Assembly (NCBI GenBank): GCA_030248215.1
Contig: JASANG010001649.1
Coordinates: 124,001 to 188,000, forward strand
Reading direction: 5' to 3'
From: Enoplolaimus lenunculus
Lineage: Eukaryota
Length of the DNA stretch: 64,000 nt
Numbering within the stretch: position 1 is the stretch's first letter; the number at the start of each line of letters is the position of its first letter. This document shows, piece by piece, positions 1 to 11,700 of this stretch. The notes under the pieces were generated by a model. It was not told the DNA's origin. It ran no database searches and was given only the letters and a program-made list of their open reading frames with translations. The position numbers and the translations under genes were made by a program.

Positions 1-921
1 GTAAATAACCGGTTTAGAGTTTGCGGTGTTCAGTTAAACGGAAATTCGAAACGTTTAAATTTTGAACGACATAAACTATTTACAGTTAAATTAGAGTTCG
101 AAAATTTCTACTTAGATCTGTAATAAAAACATCTCAAAAACTACTAAAAGGCTATAGTTTTGTCAAAAAATAGCATTTTCAACGTAACTAATAATTCAAA
201 ATAAACACAACAAGTGTATATATGCGCACTGCCTTGCAAATTTAACACCAACGCAAGTATTAGGCGAAAAACGTTATATCCTTGGGTTTTTTGTTAAAGT
301 TTTCTTTTTTGCGTCGTTTACGGTTGTTTATTGTTTAATATTATTGACTAAGATTATATTATATCCGAAAATCTTTGCTGTTGTTTTTGTTGTCGAAATT
401 TGTGTTTATTTTGAACCCAAAGAGAGTCGAGTATCAAGGTGCAATCTGTGAAATAACTCAAACGGGCACTAATTTGTACCGGAAACGAAACAGACACCGA
501 TTGGTACCGGAACCGAAAACGGGCACCGATTTGTATCGGAAATGAAAACAGATATTGGGTTCAGGACGGAGAGCTAACGGAAAGTTACAGGCGGACAGTG
601 AAATTTTACAATTCCGGAAAATGTGTACGGTTTAGACAAGTGAAGCTTTCGGACGTTCACGGCGTAGGTAGGAGTTTCATTTTGGGAGCACACAAACTTC
701 GTGTTTAATGTTTGTTTCTGAGCGAGCTTAGCAAACGAGAAAATGCCTATTTATCGTTCCTGTAAAAATTTCGAGGCCGGATATATTCCTTCCTCGTGCA
801 CACCTTTGGTTTCATTGTATTTATCATTGCTTGCATAGTACTTTATATATTGTATGTTGAAATTTAAAATTAATTTTGCATTGCTCCCTTTCCAACTATG
901 ATGCGGTCTCTTAGAAATAAG

Positions 922-1131
922 GAACAATGTATAGAACAATTTCTAAGCCTAAGCCTAAGCATAAGCCCAAGCGTAAAAACAAGCCTATAAAGCCTAAGCG
1001 TAAGCCTACGCCTAAGCCTAAGCGTAAGTCTACGCATAAGCCCAAGCATGAGTAAAACATTAATTTAAAGCTTGAGCTTACTGCATTGCAGGCTCATAAA
1101 AAACGTTCCGCCCCCCACCTCTTCATGGGCC
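922..1131 (+). mobile_element. Telomere-repeat-bearing MITE, family A (Merlin/MULE-like)
   Basis: GAACAATGTATAGAAC...(GCCTAA)n...CATGGGCC, flanked by AGAAATAAG/GAAAATAAG. Confidence 0.7.
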
Positions 1132-1810
1132 GAAAATAAGGATACATTCAACAAGTTCGTTGAAACAATTCGTCGGTCTCATAATCCTGAAAAAGAGTGT
1201 TCAACATTTAGTTTTCCAAGTTTAAAGACAACAAAACTGGAAGCTACTTGTTTGAGAGAGTTTTTAGAACATGTTAAGTGTAATATAATACAGATAAATC
1301 CGTACACGCGCACATATACCCGAATAAGAAGTTGTTGCAATCGACCCCGTGGTATGTCAGTAAAACGCTTGTCACGGACGTAAGAGGTCTGAGGCTGCAT
1401 TTTAAGCGTAGAATTAAGCTTCACAAAACTTCTGCAAGGGGTTATTTTGAATCTATAGGATTCCAACACTTAACGAGCTGAAATAGTTTTTGGCATAAGT
1501 TGTTCATGAAACTAGAAAATAATGCGCTGTTCACAATAATTTTGTCAACGGTGCCACAAAATATGCAATAGCCCAAAGCTATGACGAGGTCATTTTCAAA
1601 ATGACCTCGTGATAGCCTTGGGCTACAAGAGAAATGTCTTATAACTCCGGGCTACCACGTGTCAGCCCCTTCCTCGAAACTCGTGATGAGTCGGAACTAT
1701 AACTGATTAAATGCAATAATCCCTGGTTTCTGGTTGGTTTCTGGTTCGTTGTTGGTAGCTTGAGGTTATGAGTAATTTAGGACACTTTTAATTATCCAAA
1801 ATAAGTTAAC

Positions 1811-1870
1811 ATGAAAAACATTTTGTACGTTATTGCTTTGTTCGTCGCTCATTGCGGTACATCGCTAGCT
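1811..1870 (+). CDS. Secreted protein exon 1 (signal peptide)
   Basis: ATG at 1811, MKNILYVIALFVAHCGTSLA, donor GTAAGT at 1871, phase 0. Confidence 0.8.
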
Positions 1871-4800
1871 GTAAGTTTACTATTTACTATATCGTAAAAC
1901 AGTGTAAGAAGAATGTGGTCAAAAATTGGCTAAGAAGGTATAAATTCCATAAAAAAGAATCTACGACAATTTGTCGCCCGACAGTGTCCTATAGCCTATG
2001 AATAAATCTAAGCACATTACTAAGCGTAATGCTAAACCAAAACCTAAGTACAAGCATAAATGAAGGGAAACGAATTATCGAGTCGTCAAAGTATCAAATT
2101 ACAAGTTGTCGTGTGACGAATTGTCGTGGTACCAATGAGACACGACAGCTCGAAGTAATACCATTTTTACTAATTTACAATAGAGTTTAAAAGAAATTAA
2201 AAACTTTTTGGTGTCATTTGAAACTTATGGCTAAACTAGTAATGGGGGTAGTATGAAAATTCATTGGAATATGACAATTCCATTAAAAGCAGCTGGTTCG
2301 TAAAATAGTCCAACTTACTGAGCAGGGTACAGCTGAAGGTCTGCCTCCGGCTCCGGCTCTGGCCGAAAATCGACCCTGACTCCACCTCCGGGAAATTTAT
2401 TACCGGAGGTTTCGCCAATTTCGGTAGTAAAATTTGACATGATTTCACAACATTAATTTATTTGGTCGTTTCATTTTAACTTTTAAAACCAAAAGGTAAT
2501 ACTTTACAGATACTTGCTAAAATGAGCAAATTAAACATCATTTAACTACTGTAGTGACCCGAATACGAAGGGGGTAGTAAGAGTGGGGTCCCCATTTTGA
2601 GTCCCAATCAATAGGAATCCGTATTTCTAATAAGAGTTCGTAAGCGGATCAAAGGAGGGGGTAATAAGAGGGGGGTTCCCATTTTGAGTACCAATTAATA
2701 GGAGTCCGTATCCCTAAAAAGAGTCCGTAAGCGTATAGAGTCCTTAAACCCTAATTAGAGTCTATAAATGTCAATTATCCCTAATTGTAGCGCATAAATG
2801 AATCCAGGACCAAATGAAGTTGAGTTCGAAACTTTAAAGCGTACTTAAGTTTAGAAGGAACATTCCAAAGTACCTTGAGCAAGGCACAACACGTTTAATA
2901 CAACGGATAGTTGCAATACCGGGTATATATCAGTAACGAAGGGTGGCAGAGGGCAGGTTGAAAATAAATAACAGTCCGTAACCGAATAACGGGGGGTACC
3001 CTCTGGAGAGACCAAATAAATATCAGTCGCCCTCTTATTCGTGTCACTACAGTACATAATTTCGCCTCACCACCGGCTTCACCTCCAGCTCGGCCAAACT
3101 ATGTTAACCTCCGGCCCAGGCTATGGTATTTTTCACTTCCGGTTGCAGCCTGTTAGTGAAACAAAGCGAAAAAAACTTTTTTATTACCGTTGCATTAATC
3201 TGAACATGAATCAAAGTTTTTGAGGGACGCTAAAAATTTTCTACGGTGCCTGGGCCGCCTTGTGCATGCTCCAAATTTACAACGAACAAGTGTGGCCACT
3301 TTTACGTGGTCGGCCCCGCGTTTGCCCCAAATTTGGCTGTGAGCTAGTAATTTATGAATCAACTTCATGTTTCTATCTTAATATTATAGCAAAGTGATAG
3401 TTGTGATGATTTGAACACATGCTTAGACCGTATATTTAATCAAATAACCAGTCGATCGGAAAACAACGCCGGCCACGCAAGAAGGATTGAACGATTAAAG
3501 GAATGTGACCCGAAAATTACTACAGTTGTCTCGCGGCTGGAAAAATTACAGGTAAAAGGATTCGTAGGTTGCGTTGAGCCTTAGCGTCGGCTTTGTTTAA
3601 CCATTGTCTGCATTGAGTGTACTGTGAGTAACTAATAGGTACATGTAATCAATACACAATGTATAAAACAATTCATTCATGTATATGTACTTAGTAAATA
3701 TTCACAAAACCTGAAAGCCTATTCGGTTCAAGCGTCAAGCTGCTATAGCCGAGTAGTGAAGGCAAACGCGTGTTGCTGGTTAGGCATGTGTTCGAAATAC
3801 AGAAATTTATGCGGGAAACTGTTAAAACAGTTTGGAAAAGTAGGCCGATTATAATTAACTCGGAATGAGTTTAAACAATTCAGAATTTTGAGTTCTGGTA
3901 AGACCTAATTTTGAGCACAGACTTCTGAGTGAATTCGTCTCATTCTGAGTTAAAATCAACTCACTGAAATTTACAGTGCACAAATATGGCTCAAATCTAC
4001 ACCATCTGCTTCAGGTAGAACCGTTCGCAGGTTTGACTACGCTTTCTACAGTACATCGTTGAAAATTTGCTTGATTGCTGTATAAAATTAAGCGTACTTA
4101 CGTTATTACCATCTCAACACTTTATATTTTAAGTTAAATTTTAAATTGAAGTTATGTTCATCGGTGTTTTATTTTTCGTTTTAGAGTGAACGACATAAAA
4201 TTGTTACGGATTGCATCAGTGACGACTTAGAAGATGCTTCTGAATTTGAATGTCCACGAACGTTTAGAATTGGGCCTCCAAGAACAAGGGTTTGTGTTCT
4301 TGATAATAGTAATGGCCCATGCATAGAACAGGGCCGGAACAGTAGTATAAGCATATTCCTTTCCTAAGCCTAAGCCTAATCCGAAGCGTATGGATGAGCG
4401 TCAATGGCGGATCCATGGGGAGGGGCCACCCCGGCCGTGACTGACCCCAACAGCATCTCAACAAAGCAATTCTAACTCATTCAAAAACAGAAAAAGATGT
4501 AGCTGAAGGTGACTGGATTTTGCTTTTTCAAAACTAAATTGGCTTCTGAATCCGAGCCTTTAAATTGGTGCCTGTTTGAAACCAAATCTGAATTTATGTT
4601 GCCACACTGTTGTTTAATCTAAATTGCGTTGATGCGTTAGTTTTATGTGTGATTCATCTCAATTGAACGAACGTAAAGAAGTCAATTTTATGGCAATAGT
4701 TCGTGGTTTATGTGTGGGTCAAAAATAAATTCATGACATTTTGCCCCCCCCCATTCTGAGATACTGGAGCCGCCACTGATGAGCCTATTCCTAAGCCTAA

Positions 4801-6608
4801 GGCTAAGCCTAAGCAAAAAATAGCCTAAAGCTTAAACTGACTCTATTATAGCCCCTCCGAAAACGATCCTGCCCTGTTCTATACATGGACCATTGTAATT
4901 ATCTAAAATCTCAAATTCAGTAATTTTCTCAATTTTATATATGCAGAAATTTTAAATTTTTGTTACACTTAAAATTTATATAAAATTTGTTTCGCACTTT
5001 GATCCGCGTTATAACCTGCGCGCAGTTGGATGACTCTTCAGCAGCTAAGCACCGGGTCTAAAAACGAGGGAACCCACTGTACGCTGGGGTGCCATATACG
5101 ATAGTGGAAGAAACCTAGCGAGCAGGAAGCTAATTTTAATAATTTGTAAGGTACAAAGGGGCCTCATTATGTTTCATAAAATTTCCCATTCCAAGATTTG
5201 CAAATTTTTTTCATTTCCTGAATGGAAGAGCGGCCCTTCCTACTCCCGTTCCTGTTGCCAGGCCACTACTTGTCAAGTAACTGATCCGTGACCCAATGGA
5301 GTTGGTTTCATGATTAAAATCGAAATTTTAAGGCAGAATACAAGGGCTTAATATACGGGCATCGCACTGGTGATATACCTTCTTCACGCGACCAGCGTAG
5401 GAGATATAATTCACCCGACAATTTTTTAGAGATGACAGAAAAAAATTTAGCAGGATTTATAATAACGTACTGAATTTGAAGAGGTTCCAAAATACCTACT
5501 GTTTGCTAGCTGCGCACAATCCCAAAAAAACTTCCATATAACCGTCCCGATATGAAATCCTGGCTACGCCAGTGTAACAAATTTTTTTCATTCAGAAAGC
5601 GAGATCGCCGTTTTCGGAATACGCCGGTGAACCGGCATTTGAAGGCCGTTTCCGTACACGAGGACGAGGGCGATCAGGTCCACGCAGCGGCGGTCCGTTC
5701 AAACAATGCCGTCGTGAAACAGATCGGTGCGCTGCGGGAAAATTGTAAGTTTTATAATTTGTTCTCCACTGCGCACACAAAACAGGTTAATATTTACCGC
5801 TGATGTCTGAACCAGAAAACGTTTCGAATTCTGTGCGTTTACCGGGTCGACCCACACAACGTGAGTGCACCCAGAAGGGTCACCGGTAACACGTAAGACT
5901 CAATGAGATCCCTAAAAAGGGTATCATGACGCTTCGTGTGCTCATTTAAATTGTTTTATGATAGTCAAAGATAATTTGTGTGCTCCTATGAGTCCTTGCA
6001 TTCATGCGCTCTTCTTGCGTTTTGAAAAAATATGTGATGCTGATATAAAAAATCTACAGATCATCGTTTTGAGCATCCAACACAGAAAAAACCAAACCAT
6101 ATAGCGTTTAAAATAAACAGTTTAAAAAGTGATATATTTTTGGCGTCCTTACTTCTTTAGACGTACATTTTTGCAGTTTTGCCAGTAACATTCCCTGTGG
6201 TTGGGTTAAATTGAACAGCAGACAAATACGTTGCACTCAAAATAAGAACAGTCCCAATTTAAGGCGCAAGTTACGCCGCAAGCGATTGCACTCCGGTACG
6301 GACAGAGGTATTTTGACTTCCAGTTGCACCCAATGTGCATTGTGTATTGTGTTGTACGGTATTCAGAATAGGGTTATGCTTATAGGTGTCATTTGTGCTA
6401 CGAGCGATCACGACTACACGATGATATTCATAAATCAAAGTTAGAAATGATTGAAATTGCTGAAAAATGCCGCAGTCGCCGCGCAGCAGAGCGACGCTTA
6501 CGAGCACAAGCGGGAGATTCAGATCACTTTAGATATCCGCAACAAAGTGGAGTCGCTGACGAAAACAATACTGAAGATGACGAAGACATATTTTATGACG
6601 AACAGTGA
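1811..6608 (+). CDS. Secreted cysteine-rich protein of unknown family, 232 aa, 5 coding exons (gene span)
   Basis: Exons 1811-1870, 3390-3551, 4185-4289, 5596-5744, 6386-6608; all introns GT-AG, phases 0,0,0,2 join into one 699-nt ORF: MKNILYVIALFVAHCGTSLA/QSDSCDDLNTCLDRIF...EKLQ/SERHK...PPRTR/KARSP...AAGKL/CHLCYER...DIFYDEQ*. Exon 1 looks like a signal peptide; AATAAA at 6731-6736. Confidence 0.8.
1957..2133 (+). mobile_element. Telomere-repeat-bearing MITE, family I (MULE-like)
   Basis: Termini GAATCTACGACAATTTGTCGCCCG / GACGAATTGTCGTGGTACC with decayed CCTAAG core; related copies near 42570-42770, 43690-43858, 55650-55897, 59920-60170. Confidence 0.6.
2323..3152 (-). mobile_element. hAT-like MITE family E interrupted by a Tc1/mariner-like element
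   Basis: TIRs CAGGGTACAGCTG / CGGTTGCAGCCTG, CCGG-rich subterminal motifs, flanks TTACTGAG/TTAGTGAA. Confidence 0.65.
2549..3052 (+). mobile_element. Tc1/mariner-superfamily-like MITE family D (TA target)
   Basis: TA|CTGTAGTGACCCGAATA...TATTCGTGTCACTACAG|TA; homologous copies at 21455-21905 and 50017-50265. Confidence 0.75.
3390..3551 (+). CDS. Secreted protein exon 2
   Basis: ATTATAG acceptor, 54 open codons QSDSCDDLNTC...RLEKLQ, donor GTAAAA. Confidence 0.8.
4185..4289 (+). CDS. Secreted protein exon 3
   Basis: TTTTAG acceptor, SERHKIVTDCISDDLEDASEFECPRTFRIGPPRTR, donor GTTTGT. Confidence 0.75.
4314..4891 (+). mobile_element. Family A telomere-repeat MITE with nested hAT-like insertion
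   Basis: TIRs GGCCCATGCATAGAACAGGGC / GCCCTGTTCTATACATGGACC, TSD ATAGTAAT/ATTGTAAT. Confidence 0.8.
4402..4778. mobile_element. hAT-like MITE nested in family A
   Basis: TIRs CAATGGCGGATCCA / TGGAGCCGCCACTG, 8-bp TSD ATGAGCGT/ATGAGCCT. Confidence 0.78.
5596..5744 (+). CDS. Secreted protein exon 4
   Basis: TTCATTCAG acceptor, KARSPF...RTRGRGRSGPR...CRRETDRCAAGK, donor GTAAGT, phase 2. Confidence 0.78.
6386..6608 (+). CDS. Secreted protein exon 5 (terminal)
   Basis: TTATAG acceptor, phase matches exon 4, CHLCYERSRL...DDEDIFYDEQ then TGA. Confidence 0.78.
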
Positions 6609-6730
6609 TTTACCCTGATGAAATAGAACATATTCACGTGAGAAAGGGTTAAATGTACTTTTCTAGAGTGGTACTTGTTAACAACGTTTGGTAAAAGAAC
6701 AAAAATTACAGAACTGTGAATCAAGCAGCT

Positions 6731-6736
6731 AATAAA
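6731..6736 (+). terminator. Probable polyadenylation signal of the secreted-protein gene
   Basis: First AATAAA downstream of the stop at 6608. Confidence 0.5.
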
Positions 6737-7146
6737 ATTAATCAATGTTTTACTTTCGGGCCGGTAAAAGTTTTGTTCGCGTACAAACCAAAACAAGATG
6801 GCCTAGACCCAACAACAAGGATCAAAACCAAGATTATACCAACGTTTAGCTGCAAAATGGCGTTCGGCTTTTCGGCCAGCGTAAAGAATAGGGCCGTAAC
6901 AGTAGTATTATCATACTCCAAAGCCTAAGCCGTAGCCTAAGCAAAAAATAGTCTAAAGCTTAAGTTTACTGTATTGCATGCAGTCAAGCAGAACAACGTC
7001 CCACCCGTAACCTTAATAAATAGAGCGCTTTTCGAATGCCAGGTTCTTTCGACTATATCTTGCACCACACTTCAAGGTGTAAACTTTTAAGCAGTGATGG
7101 GCATTGGATATTTGTTTATATCCGGATATCCGGCAAATCTCGCCAA

Positions 7147-7387
7147 CATGGTGCAACCGGAGGTGAAAATTACCGGAGCCGGAATTTACGCTAATTTCGT
7201 GCAAAATTTCAGAAATTCTTTCGTGAAAATTGTGATAAAAGTAAAATGAAACGCCCTAAACAGATAAATTTTGCAAAATTATGCAAAATTTTACTACCGA
7301 AATCGCCGGAAACTAAGGCAAAAATTCCACCAGAGCGGGATTTTCTGCTGGAGCCGGAGCTGGAGGCAGACCTCCAATTATACCCTG
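7147..7387 (+). mobile_element. hAT-like MITE family E
   Basis: CATGGTGCAACCGG...TATACCCTG, flanks CTCGCCAA/CTCGCAAG. Confidence 0.65.
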
Positions 7388-8672
7388 CTCGCAAGATATA
7401 TATCGGGTTATGCGAAATTAAATTTTCAATTTCAGATATCCGAAACTCAAATTCCCTTTTTTACGCATTTTCAAACCCGGATCCGGCAGAAAATTAATTC
7501 TCGGTATTCAGGAACAATGTATAGAACAGGTCCGTTGTGTAAACATACTCCTAAGTCAAAGCACAAGCGTGGGCTTCTACCTGAGGATTAAAGCCTAAAC
7601 AATAGTCTAAAGCTTACGCTTTATACTCTAATTACAGTCCAGCAGAAAAACTACTTACTTAAATTCAAAATTGCAAAAATTTTTCGCAAATTCTTTCAAT
7701 AAGTCGTTTTGATTTGACGATTTTGTGGCGTTTCATAGATCAAAAAGTAGACTTTGACAACACAAATTACACCACTATTATTACAACCTAAATCTACATG
7801 ATATATTAACTGGCTAACATTGCCGACCTCTGCCTCTGCCGGCTGTCTTCACCTACGATTGCAACCTACTGTGTTCCGTCATTTGGCAAACGTTATTAAC
7901 TTTTAGCACCGTGCGAAATCAAAATGCCACTTTGTGCGGAAGAGTTCCTTCGATGCTGGTAAAATTTACATCAGCATTACTTGTTTTATTTCCGTTCAGT
8001 TCCATTATTCCCCACGAGACTACAATAAGATATGATGTCAACCTTTAGTCTAATTTTTTGGTTAGGCAAATAGGCTCATAGATTTAAATTTACTTTTAGA
8101 AATTATTATCTTTGGTAGCTTTGCCGCAGCATAGAACATGATCAGGTTTTAATTTTTTTGGATAGGCTTACGCGTAATATGGAACTGGCTACGCCAATAA
8201 CGATATTTTATTCTATTTGCTTGCATGGAATCAGATCAGAATTACGTGCTTCAAGTTGCTGACAATAACCGCTACACAACATAGAAGCTCCGCGTGGTTT
8301 GGAAAACGCGGCTCTCTGTCCCGATTTCGCTAATTGCTTTTTCGTCGGAAATAAAATTTCAACTTACGCAAGCGAAGCGAGTTTTACTTCAAACCAAAAT
8401 AATAATTTTAAGATTTCAACTCTGGTACTAAAAATCAAGCAGGGGCGTAGCATATAGTCAAAAATTTAAATCGGGAAAACTTTTTAAAACCACTGAAAAC
8501 TTGTACACGGCCAGCGTCACAGCCCAGTAAACCTTATACCCCACTGAAACAAACGGATTCATTCTAAAGCCTGTAACAGTGCGTATTCCTCTTATCTCTC
8601 TCGAAATTTCAACGGGACATATTTCTTGTATGTATTCTTGCATGCGCCCCTGCTATAACAACAGTTTAATCT

Positions 8673-8795
8673 CTAGCGTGCTTTAACTAAATCAAATGCT
8701 TCGATTTTGATATCTCCTTGAATAGTAATTTTTTCAACATTTCCAAACGGATATCGATGTGAAAAAAATCCGAGACGCTGTCCTTCGGTGAATAT
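8673..8795 (-). CDS. Galectin exon 7 (terminal)
   Basis: TTTCAG acceptor, IFTEGQRLGFFSHRYPFGNVEKITIQGDIKIEAFDLVKAR then TAG. Confidence 0.93.
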   Translation of the reverse strand: MFTEGQRLGFFSHRYPFGNVEKITIQGDIKIEAFDLVKAR

Positions 8796-11700
8796 CTGAA
8801 ATTCACTTTAATATCACTATTGCAAATCCTTTCAAGCTCGGTCCATATTAACTGTTAGCGTGTGTCCACCAAACATTATCCTATGCTAAGCGTAAGCCAT
8901 CCCATGTAACGAAAGATCAGGGGCGTAACGTTTTTCTGTGGGACTGCAATAGGGTAAGCTTAAGCTTAGGTACAAGCTCATTCTTACGCTTAGATCTAGA
9001 CTGACTTAGGTTTAGGCATAAGAATAGCCTTATATTGGTGTAACGGCCCTGCTTCGTACATTGGCCATGTAAGCCTAATATAAAGCTTACACCTAAGCGA
9101 TCTAGTCTTCAAATTCTTCAGCCTCTCTGCGTTCCATTGGGCCGTCCTCTGTACTTAACATGAGCCATTGTTCACACCAATCTAAGTTTCGTTTTAGTCC
9201 TGTCAACCCCGAATGCGAGCTATTTAGTACGTTTCTGAAAAGCGGACCCGGAAGTATTTTACGAGAGTCGAACGCAACCACAATGCATGATCCACATATG
9301 ATGTATTTATGGTCATACCATGGTTTAAGTTTAGGCTGAGACATCAAATTCGAAAGCTGTACTTAATAAATTTGCATACCAGTCGTTTACATATCTGAAC
9401 AATTACATGACCTGAATATTATACAGGACTCGAATTGAATGTGAAGTTTATTTGACTTGGCAAACGGAAGCTATTATCGACACCCCCAAATAAACCGGAA
9501 ATACCACTTTAGTACACATGGCCAAAGTTTAACTCTAAAACGCAACGTACTTCATAACCGCTATCCATGACTCGAATGATGATATCGAAATAATTTTTCT
9601 TCTCTAAATTCCACACACCATCGCGTTCTTCGCTTTCCCATGCGCCATTAATACATGAATTGCGTACAAATGCCTAGAAACAAAATGAAGAAACTAAAAA
9701 CGGACGTTTTATTACAGACTTTGTACCATCAGGGGCGGGGTCTGGAATATAGTACGCTTAAGCTTTACACTATTAGGCTTAGGCTTAGGCTTACGATTAT
9801 GGTTATACTACTGTTCCGCCAGTGTTCTATACATTGACATACACTTTAATAACATTTTTGGCCACTATATGGCACAAATTTCCTTCTGGCTCGCTATTTT
9901 TTTGGTCACAAACGGTATATGTGCTTGATGCTATAGTTTCTCGAAATCAAATTCTATCTACGCCGCTCAGCAGAATATGAAACAAAATACAATTCTACGT
10001 TAAAAATGAAAGCAACTTCTTGGAATGTGGTTCAATTTAAGCGAACCAGGGTATTAATGACAGTAGGAAACAGTGGTTAGAAAAGTAAATCGCATAAATC
10101 ACAGAAATTTTTAAAAGGGCATCGCGAGATAGTATACTGAAGAAAAAAACTCGCATGTGAAGCGAACGAGAAGCCGAACGCGATTTTAGTACTAATTTTA
10201 ATACAAAATTTTGGTTTCGATTTCTGTTGACTGGGATCACCTCAAACAAGTCACCGCAGTAATATATTCGGCAAAACTTTACAAGAGATACATACCAAGT
10301 TTAGCTCATATATATCGCTTAACAATTTTTCTTTTGCTGTTGAAACACAAATTCGAATACTTTCGTTTACTCACGAAACTTGAGTTATCAGCCCAATGCA
10401 GCAAAAGGCTCAACACCGCAGCTGGTTGAAAACCGATTGACAGCTTCCGTGAAAATTCTAGCGCATTAGTAACTTACACGCAAATCTCCGTGTGTTCGCT
10501 TGCAATTTTTGGGACAAAATTGAATTTCGCCTTGTAAAAGTTCAAACACAAAAAGTATCACCAACATCGAAATATCGCTGATCCGCCACTGCAAACCAAA
10601 CAACATACTTTTTCATTAAATCGAGCACTGAAATGGAATATATGATTTCGTCCGTCCATGAAATCAATATTGAAATGTTTACTGCCCCATCCGCCCACCA
10701 TTCCGCCAAGATACATGACGTCACCGGGCGCAAGGCGAGTCGGAAACACAAACGGATCGCTGTGGCAGCTCTGAAACCAACTACGATATTGATAAAGAAA
10801 CAAAAGATGGCATACGTGTGCAAACTTTCAAAGGACCATTACACTCCCGCACCAACTACGAAAATTTGGACTTCAACTGTGACGGGTGTAGTATGAAACC
10901 TCTATCCTTCAGTCCTCATCTCCCATAGCGTGAACAGAGTCCTAGAATAACACGCTCTGTCTGGTTGATGCTGCTGTGAGAAGAATGCTGTTTTAAGCGG
11001 GTTTTCAATAGACTACACTTGAGGTTCAGGCTATTTTTTGCTTAGGATTAGGTTTTCCTTCTACCTACGCTTAATTATACGTTAATCCTTACGCAGAGGT
11101 TGCGGCTTTGGTTTAGTCTTTAGGAATAGTTTAAAATAGTGTTAATAGCTTCCAACTAACATTATGCCCCTGTCACATCTTACTAATTTTTTTCCTTGCT
11201 TCCCTAGAATCGTATCTTGTCTGCCATGTCATTAATTAGAGATGCAAGGGCCGAAACAATACTAACCTCAAACTTTTGATATCCAACTGAATCCAACGCA
11301 ATCGCTTCATCGATATAAATAAATTGAACAGCGCCAAGTTTCGCTCGATATTCAAATTCAGCCAACATACGATCGTTTAAAAAGATCTGAAACAAACGTA
11401 TCATCAGCTTTTCAGAATACTAAATTAAATTAGGAATTTTACAGGAAATGTGTTAACGTCCCTGAATACCGAATATCGCTACGCGTACGGTGAACCAAAC
11501 CCAGAGAGAAATGAGACCGCCGACTTAACAGTTTTCAGCAGCTGCAATTTTTTTGCAGTCTTAAACTTTTAGAAATTTTAAACTGCACTTTGGTTGTAAA
11601 ATAGTCATACAGTCACCTCAGAGATGATATCAAGATTGAAGGCTTAGGCGCAAGTATAAAAAACTATTCTACAGTGAAAATTTCCTTCGGCATCCTATAG

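Noticed and set aside
2549..3052. Solo LTR or Ginger element because of TGT...ACA ends
   Set aside because: The inverted repeat extends to CTGTAG...CTACAG flanked by TA in two of three copies, which fits a TA-targeting DNA transposon better.
9102..9347. Minus-strand ORF containing VLNSS as an alternative galectin exon
   Set aside because: Lacks W-x-x-E-x-R, and the nearby TTTCAG acceptor is in the wrong phase; exon 9673-9551 supplies the motif.
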